A stretch of 64,000 nt of DNA, from positions 64,001 to 128,000 of the forward strand of contig CAVSZB010000004.1 in the NCBI GenBank assembly GCA_963732385.1, read 5' to 3'. Position numbers and translations under genes: made by a program. Below the pieces are notes generated by a model, which was not told where the DNA came from, did not search any database, and worked only from the letters and a program-made list of their open reading frames with translations. This document shows, in pieces, positions 58,691 through 64,000 of the stretch. The DNA is from an uncultured bacterium (lineage in GTDB: Bacteria; Krumholzibacteriota; Krumholzibacteriia; LZORAL124-64-63). The stretch's first letter is position 1; each line of letters starts with the position of its first letter.

Positions 58691-59599
58691 ATGGCGATCC
58701 TGGCTGTCGGCTCGGTGGCCTACGACACCGTGGAAACGCCCGCGGAGCGCCGCGAACGCCAACTCGGCGGCAGCGCCAGCTACTTCGCGCTGGCCGCCGC
58801 GCCGTTGGCGCCGGTGCGCGTGGTGGGTGCGGTGGGCGATGATTTCCGGCCGGCTGATCTCGAACTGATGGCTGCGCGCGGCGCTGATCTGGGCGGCATC
58901 GTGCGGCTGCCCGGTCCGACTTTCCACTGGTCCGGACGCTATCACGCCGACCTGATCGAACGCGACACCCTGGCCACCGAACTGGGCGTCTTCGCCGATT
59001 TTGCGCCGGTGATCCCGCCCGCCTGGCGTGACACGCCCTACCTGTTCCTCGGTAACATCCACCCCGCGTTGCAGGCCGGGGTCCTGGCGCAACTGCGCCG
59101 GCCGCGGCTGGTCGTCACAGACACGATGAATTTCTGGATCCAGGGGGCGCGTCAGGATCTGGAGGTCGTGCTGGCCGGCACGGATGTACTCCTGGTGAAC
59201 GACAGCGAAGCGCGCCTCCTCTCCGGCCGGTGGGGGTTGGCGGACGCCGCGGCGGTCATCCGCGCGCTCGGCCCCGCGCGGGTCGTGGTCAAGAAGGGGG
59301 AGCACGGCGCTCTCTATTTCGGCCCGGAAGGGGTGTTCGCGGTGCCGGCACTGCTCCTGCCGCGGGTGGTCGACCCGACCGGTGCCGGTGACGCCTTCGC
59401 CGGCGGCTTCCTCGGCAGTCTCGCGGCCGCCGGCGTCGAGTCGGGGGCGGGCGACGCGCTTTTCCGCCGCGCCATGCTCGACGGCACGGTGACGGCCAGT
59501 TTCTGTCCCGAGGGTTTCAGTGTCGAAGGATTGCTGCGGGCCGACGCGCCGGCCCGCAGCCAGCGTCTCGAGTCTCTCCTCGCCATGATGCGGCCCTGA
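58691..59599 (+). CDS. PfkB family carbohydrate/nucleoside kinase
   Basis: GGSASY, DTMNFWI and DPTGAGDAFAGG. Confidence 0.92.
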   Translation: MAILAVGSVAYDTVETPAERRERQLGGSASYFALAAAPLAPVRVVGAVGDDFRPADLELMAARGADLGGIVRLPGPTFHWSGRYHADLIERDTLATELGVFADFAPVIPPAWRDTPYLFLGNIHPALQAGVLAQLRRPRLVVTDTMNFWIQGARQDLEVVLAGTDVLLVNDSEARLLSGRWGLADAAAVIRALGPARVVVKKGEHGALYFGPEGVFAVPALLLPRVVDPTGAGDAFAGGFLGSLAAAGVESGAGDALFRRAMLDGTVTASFCPEGFSVEGLLRADAPARSQRLESLLAMMRP

Positions 59600-59631
59600 G
59601 CCGCGCCCGCGGGTGACGGGGTCCTGCCCGA

Positions 59632-59660
59632 TTGTCTCCCGCGCAGACGTCTGTTATAAT
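59632..59660 (+). promoter_or_regulatory. Strong sigma-70-type promoter of the hypothetical/peptide/HD-GYP module
   Basis: TTGTCT-17 nt-TATAAT with an extended TGn. Confidence 0.7.
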
Positions 59661-59720
59661 CATGCGAGGACGGCCACATCCCGTGCGGGCGCGCAGGCGT
59701 CGGCGCGGAAAGGAGACGCT

Positions 59721-60512
59721 TTGGAGAGCCATCCGAACCCGCGTGATGCGTGGGTGAAAGACGCCGAACGCTGGATCTGCCAGATCCACGGTGTGAGGCA
59801 GTGCAAGGTCGATCTCGACGGCCAGGGAGAGGTGAGCGGGGTCCATGTCGTGGCCGGGATGGAGCGCGAGGCGCGCCATGTAGTGCGCGATGTGGAGGGG
59901 TTGCTCAAGGCCCGTCTCGGTCTGAGTGTCTTCTATAAGAAAATCGGTGTTGTCCAAATTGTGGACGGCGAGCAGGACGAGGCGATCGAGGAGGAGGAAT
60001 CGGAGGAGGAGAGTGGGGCGGTTGCTGCGATCGCCGGCGTCCAGCGTCCCGACCTGCCGCTGGAGGCCGTGCTGCTCGAAGAGGCGGTGCCGCCGCGGAT
60101 CCAGCTCGGCGGAATCGGCCTGCTGGCCACGGACCGGACGGTCAAGGCGGAGGTTGAACTGCGGGCGGGGCTGCTCGAAGCCCGGGGTCAGCAGGAGGGG
60201 GTCAATACCAACGGGAGTGACCTCGTCCTGGTGGCCCGCGCGACCGTCGATGCCGTTCGGCAGTTGCTGATCGATCCCATCACCCTGACGCTCGCCGATC
60301 TGCAGTTGACAGAAGTGGCGGGCGAGACCGTAATCCTCGCGGCGGTCGAATTGACGGAAGGACGGAGATCAGAGCGCCTCTACGGCACCTGCTCCGGCCT
60401 GCCGAGCCGTCCCCAGGGCGTTGTCTACGCCGTCCTGGACGCGCTGAACCGACGGGTTTCGTTGCTCAGTTTCCGAAACGCCGACAAAGGGGGCGTTGAA
60501 CTGACAAGCTGA
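59721..60512 (+). CDS. Two-domain hypothetical protein with acidic linker and LeuA-allosteric-like C-terminal domain
   Basis: SD AAGGAG before TTG 59721. N-domain VHVVA...VVRDVE...KKIGVVQ. C-terminal LYG...VYAVLDALNRR. Confidence 0.75.
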   Translation: MESHPNPRDAWVKDAERWICQIHGVRQCKVDLDGQGEVSGVHVVAGMEREARHVVRDVEGLLKARLGLSVFYKKIGVVQIVDGEQDEAIEEEESEEESGAVAAIAGVQRPDLPLEAVLLEEAVPPRIQLGGIGLLATDRTVKAEVELRAGLLEARGQQEGVNTNGSDLVLVARATVDAVRQLLIDPITLTLADLQLTEVAGETVILAAVELTEGRRSERLYGTCSGLPSRPQGVVYAVLDALNRRVSLLSFRNADKGGVELTS

Positions 60513-60637
60513 TTCCATGGCGGAACCGGCAACCGGTACGGGTAACCCTTGGAAGAGCGGAGCATCCGAGCGAAGCGGTCTCTGCCGTCAGGAGCGGTCT
60601 GACGGTAAATCCCTGGTTCTAAGGGAGGTGAGGCACA

Positions 60638-60682
60638 ATGCTTCTGTGGATCATGGCGATCTTTACCAAGTGGGAGTGGTAG
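60638..60682 (+). CDS. Small Trp-rich peptide MLLWIMAIFTKWEW (14 aa), below the ORF-track size cut-off
   Basis: [13 protein letters not shown] at 60621-60631, 6 nt before ATG; TAG at 60680-60682. Confidence 0.7.
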   Translation: MLLWIMAIFTKWEW

Positions 60683-60812
60683 ACCTTGAGTCCGGGAGCC
60701 GGTTCCGCTTAATCTGCCGGGGTATCTGCCGATACCAGATCTGCGCCGCGCCAGGCGTGCCGCGCGGGCCGTGGCCGGCATCGCGCGAGGACTCCAAAGC
60801 GGAAAGACCACG

Positions 60813-62170
60813 GTGGCAAACGACCGCCCACGCAAGCACCGCTGGCTGTTCCACCTCTTCTACGGCCTGACCGTTGTCGCCGCTGTCTGTCTGATCGCCA
60901 TGCTGCTGCGCGACGGGCTGCCCCACGACCTGCGCTGGTTGGATGTGGGTGTTTTCTTCGGCTTCCTGCTGCTGACCGACACTAAACTGGCCGAACTGCA
61001 GGTGGGTGGCGGTCGTCTGCTCTCCTCGAAGTCCGATCAGCATGTGCATCATCGCTTTGTTCGGCCCTGCGATCACGGCAGTAATCGAGGCGCTCTCGTC
61101 ACTCACGCGCGGTTTTGTTCTGCACCGCATGCCGCCGCAGAAGACGATCTTCAATGCGGCCATGCTGTCGCTGTCCGCTGGAGCGGCAGGTTTGATCTAC
61201 CACGTGCTGCCTTGGCACGATCGTTTCGATGGGCCGCTCTATCTCTTCCCTTTGCTGGTGGCGATCCTTGTCTATTCGGTCTGCAACCAGATTCTTCTGA
61301 CCGTGGTGCTTGCCTTTCGACCAGAAGTTGCCGGCACGGGAGATCTATCGCCAGAACTTCGGTTGGTCGCATTTGCGGGTTCCGGTGGATGCACCGTTCG
61401 CGGCCATCGTTATCCTGCTCTACCTGCAGGCTGGCGTGTGGACGCTGCTGCTATACCTGTTCCCGGTGCTCGTACTCTTCCAGGCCAATCGAGTTACTCA
61501 GGAGATGAAACGCGCCCACGTCCACTCGATTGCTGCCCTTACGACCGCGCTCGAGGAGAAGGAGAACGACCGCTACACGCGGGGGCACAGCTATCGGGTG
61601 TCGATGTATGCGCTGCGCATCGGTCGCGCGCTGGGTCTCTCGCCGCGGCGGCTGGAGATGCTCGAGTATGGCGGGTTGCTGCACGACATCGGGAAGCTTG
61701 CCATCACGAACGACATCCTGCTCAAGCCGGGCAAGCTCACGGCGGACGAGCGGGCCGAGCAGGCCCGCCACCCCGAGATCGGTGACGACATCGTCCGGCA
61801 GATCAAGTTCCTGCACGAGGTGGCCGACATGGTGCGGCACCATCACGAACGTCCCGACGGCAAGGGCTATCCCGACGGTCTGAGCACCGATGCGCTCACG
61901 CTCGAGGCGCGCATCCTGGGGGTCTGCGACGCATTCGACGCCATGACGACCGACCGGCCGTATCGGCCGGCCCGCAGTCTCGAGTTCGCCATGGAGGAGC
62001 TGGTCCGCTGGCGCGGCACGCAGTTCGACGTGCGGGTCGTCGACGCCGTGCTCGAACTGTACCGACATGGGGAGTTCGGGGTCATCCGCGATACCGAGGG
62101 GATGCCGCTCGAGATCACCAGCACGCCAGGGCGCCGCCGGCTGGCGCTCCCCGAGAGCGTGCCGGTCTGA
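60813..62170 (+). pseudogene. Multi-TM sensor HD-GYP cyclic-dinucleotide phosphodiesterase, split by two +1 frameshifts (pseudogene or sequencing error)
   Basis: TM segments continue across three frames, with junctions near 61033 and 61316. C-terminal YTRGHS.RV, LLHDIGK, HHERPDGKGYPDGL and DAFDAMTTDRPYR. Confidence 0.8.
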
Positions 62171-62186
62171 TAATCTGGAGAGAAAC

Positions 62187-63194
62187 GTGCGTTACAGCGA
62201 CAGCGGCGTGAATATCGATGCCGCCCAGCGCGGCCTCGCGCGCGCGAAATTGGCGATCCGCTCCACCTGGGATGCGCGGGTGCGCAGCGACCTCGGCGCG
62301 TTCGGCGGCTTGTACCGGACGGCGCCGGGCGAGCCGCTGCTGGTGGCGAGCATCGACGGTGTCGGCACCAAGGTCAAGGTGGCCGCTCTCGCCGGTCGCC
62401 ACGACACCGTTGGACAGGACCTGGTCAACCACTGCGTCAACGATATCCTGGTGCAGGGGGCCGAGCCGCTCTTCTTCCTCGATTACTTCGCCGCGGGGCG
62501 GCTCGATGAAGGGGTGCTCGAGGCGGTGCTCGACGGAGTGGCCCGTGCCTGCCGGGAAAACGGCTGCGCCCTGCTCGGCGGCGAAACGGCGGAAATGCCG
62601 GGGGTGTACGCGGTGGGCGAGTTCGATCTCGCCGGCTGCATCGTCGGGCGCGTGGCCGAGGCCGATCTGATCGACGGCTCGGCGATCCGGGCGGGCGATC
62701 GCCTGTGGGGCCTGCCGAGCAGCGGTCTGCACACCAACGGCTACTCGCTGGCCCGGCAAATCCTGCTTGCCGAGGACGGCGCCGGTTTGCACGCGACGCT
62801 GCCGGAGCTCGGCGGCACCGTGGCCGAGGCGCTGCTGGCGGTGCACCGCAGCTACCTGCCCCAGGCGAGGGCGCTCTGGGCGGCGCTGGGACGGGGCGCC
62901 CTGCACGGTCTGGCGCACATCACCGGGGGTGGTTTTTTCGACAACGTGCCCCGCGTGGTTCCGGAGGGGCTGACCGCCCGCATCGACACCCGGGCCTGGC
63001 AGCCGCCGGCGCTGTTCCGGCTGCTGCAGACGCGCGGCGCGGTCGAGCCGGCCGAAATGTACCGTGTCTTCAATATGGGCGTAGGCATGGTGCTGTTCCT
63101 CGATCCCGCTGCCGACCCCGCCGCCGCCGGCGTGGAGGCCTGGCCGATCGGAGAGGTCGTGGCGGGACCGGGCAAGGTCGATGTTCTTTTTTGA
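62187..63194 (+). CDS. purM: Phosphoribosylformylglycinamidine cyclo-ligase (AIR synthetase)
   Basis: DGVGTK, LFFLDY, GGETAEMPG, SSGLHTNGYSL and FNMGVGM. Confidence 0.97.
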   Translation: MRYSDSGVNIDAAQRGLARAKLAIRSTWDARVRSDLGAFGGLYRTAPGEPLLVASIDGVGTKVKVAALAGRHDTVGQDLVNHCVNDILVQGAEPLFFLDYFAAGRLDEGVLEAVLDGVARACRENGCALLGGETAEMPGVYAVGEFDLAGCIVGRVAEADLIDGSAIRAGDRLWGLPSSGLHTNGYSLARQILLAEDGAGLHATLPELGGTVAEALLAVHRSYLPQARALWAALGRGALHGLAHITGGGFFDNVPRVVPEGLTARIDTRAWQPPALFRLLQTRGAVEPAEMYRVFNMGVGMVLFLDPAADPAAAGVEAWPIGEVVAGPGKVDVLF

Positions 63195-63506
63195 TCTGTA
63201 GCGTGGCGTCCTGCCGCGGACCTGCGTCATCTTCCGGATACACCGCGTCAACCCGTTCCCATGTTTGATGATCCCCTCAAGCTGCGTTCAGCCGCCTCCG
63301 GTGGATGACGGCTGGCGGGGACGGTGCGTCGATCCTGGCCACTCTTCGGCCAGGTTTGTCTGTCGTCTGCCGGGCCGGGTGGTCGTCGGAGGGGCGTTTT
63401 CCACTTGGCTGTGGACAAGCGTGACGCGCGGTTCGGTTCCTGCTGCATCGGCTCCGTGTCCAGGTTGCGGGGCGAGACGGGGAGGCACCGGTCGAAGGGA
63501 TCCGGC

Positions 63507-64000
63507 ATGGCGTGGGCCTTCTGGGCGGAGGAAATCCGCGGTTTTCCGCTGCTCGGGCTGGGGGCCGGCTCCGCGCTCTGGGTGGTGAGGCGCGACGGGG
63601 AGGGGGAGCGTACCGGGCTGCGCCTGCTGTACGCGCACGCCTGGCCCCACCCGCCGGTCGGCTGGACGCCCGGCCCGGGCCGGGGAGCGGGCGTGGTGGA
63701 CGCTCCGGTGGCCATTCCGCCGCCCCCCCTGCAACCGCTGTGGCGGGCGGTACAGGAGGGGATCGGCGCGGAACGGCCGTGGCGCAGCGCCGGCGAGGCG
63801 CCGGTCGGGGGACGACGCCTGCCGGGGCGCGTCGGCCGGCCGGTCCTCTGGACCGAACCGTTGCGCCGGGGGACGGAGGTGACAGGGGCCTTCGCTCTGG
63901 GGTTCGATGCCACACCTCCGTGGGATGAGGCGGTGCGGCTGTGGGGGGCGCGCTTTGCCGCGCGCGTCGCCCCCCTGCTCGACTGCCTGCCGCCCTGGCC
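63507..64000 (+). CDS. Hypothetical protein, 3'-truncated by window end (possible GAF-like N-terminus)
   Basis: Frame open from ATG 63507 to the window end (MAWAFWAEEIRGFPLL...EPLRRGTEVTGAFALGF...); start uncertain. Confidence 0.4.
   Translation, partial: MAWAFWAEEIRGFPLLGLGAGSALWVVRRDGEGERTGLRLLYAHAWPHPPVGWTPGPGRGAGVVDAPVAIPPPPLQPLWRAVQEGIGAERPWRSAGEAPVGGRRLPGRVGRPVLWTEPLRRGTEVTGAFALGFDATPPWDEAVRLWGARFAARVAPLLDCLPPW

Noticed and set aside
4256..59305. Many long minus-strand and alternate-frame ORFs (e.g. 42141-44963, 56816-59305, 11218-13095, 23143-24996)
   Set aside because: Shadow ORFs of high-GC coding sequence: they overlap well-supported + strand genes, are Arg/Pro/Ala-rich and carry no recognisable motifs.
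60530..60620. Known cyclic-dinucleotide riboswitch upstream of the HD-GYP gene
   Set aside because: The consensus elements of c-di-GMP-I/II and ydaO riboswitches could not be matched by eye; an Rfam scan is needed.
60638..60682. Peptide as a RiPP precursor (WxW crosslink motif as in darobactin-type peptides)
   Set aside because: No radical SAM, P450, protease or exporter gene nearby, and no leader/core organisation. Not excluded if enzymes act in trans.
60517..60870. 117-aa ORF spanning the peptide region
   Set aside because: No good SD and no recognisable motif; it overlaps both the strongly SD-led small ORF and the HD-GYP start.
1..64000. tRNA, rRNA, CRISPR arrays, IS elements
   Set aside because: Intergenic gaps are short and none showed cloverleaf motifs, regularly spaced repeats or transposase ORFs.

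Overview
High-GC, gene-dense bacterial chromosome segment with about 50 CDS, all on the + strand except lpxH. A PorV-type barrel, several secreted proteins with T9SS/FlgD-type C-terminal domains, lpxH and a Bacteroidota-type short sigma-70 suggest a diderm FCB-group lineage, plausibly Krumholzibacteriota/Latescibacterota-like (inference). Most of the window is housekeeping: hisS-aspS-phoH-pgpH-like-ybeY-corC-DUF502-recO-glyQS, ppdK, aminotransferase-arcC-purD-purE-tsaC-LMW phosphatase-rpiB-glyA-nrdR-tatC, polyprenyl synthase-rsfS-argS-pfkB, and purM. Three accessory blocks stand out. (1) 59632-62170: a separately promoted module between pfkB and purM. It holds a hypothetical protein with a LeuA-allosteric-like C-terminus, an unannotated 14-aa Trp-rich peptide (MLLWIMAIFTKWEW) behind a very strong Shine-Dalgarno, and a multi-TM HD-GYP phosphodiesterase split by two +1 frameshifts; this is a candidate peptide- or Trp-linked cyclic-dinucleotide signalling system. 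(2) 23314-34185: four large secreted or lipoprotein genes of unknown function, a candidate surface layer or surface complex. (3) 40701-44958: a lamin-tail secreted protein plus two predicted outer-membrane barrels resembling a DNA-uptake-associated cluster. No rRNA, tRNA, CRISPR array or mobile element was recognised. All family assignments come from motif recognition by eye, not database searches.
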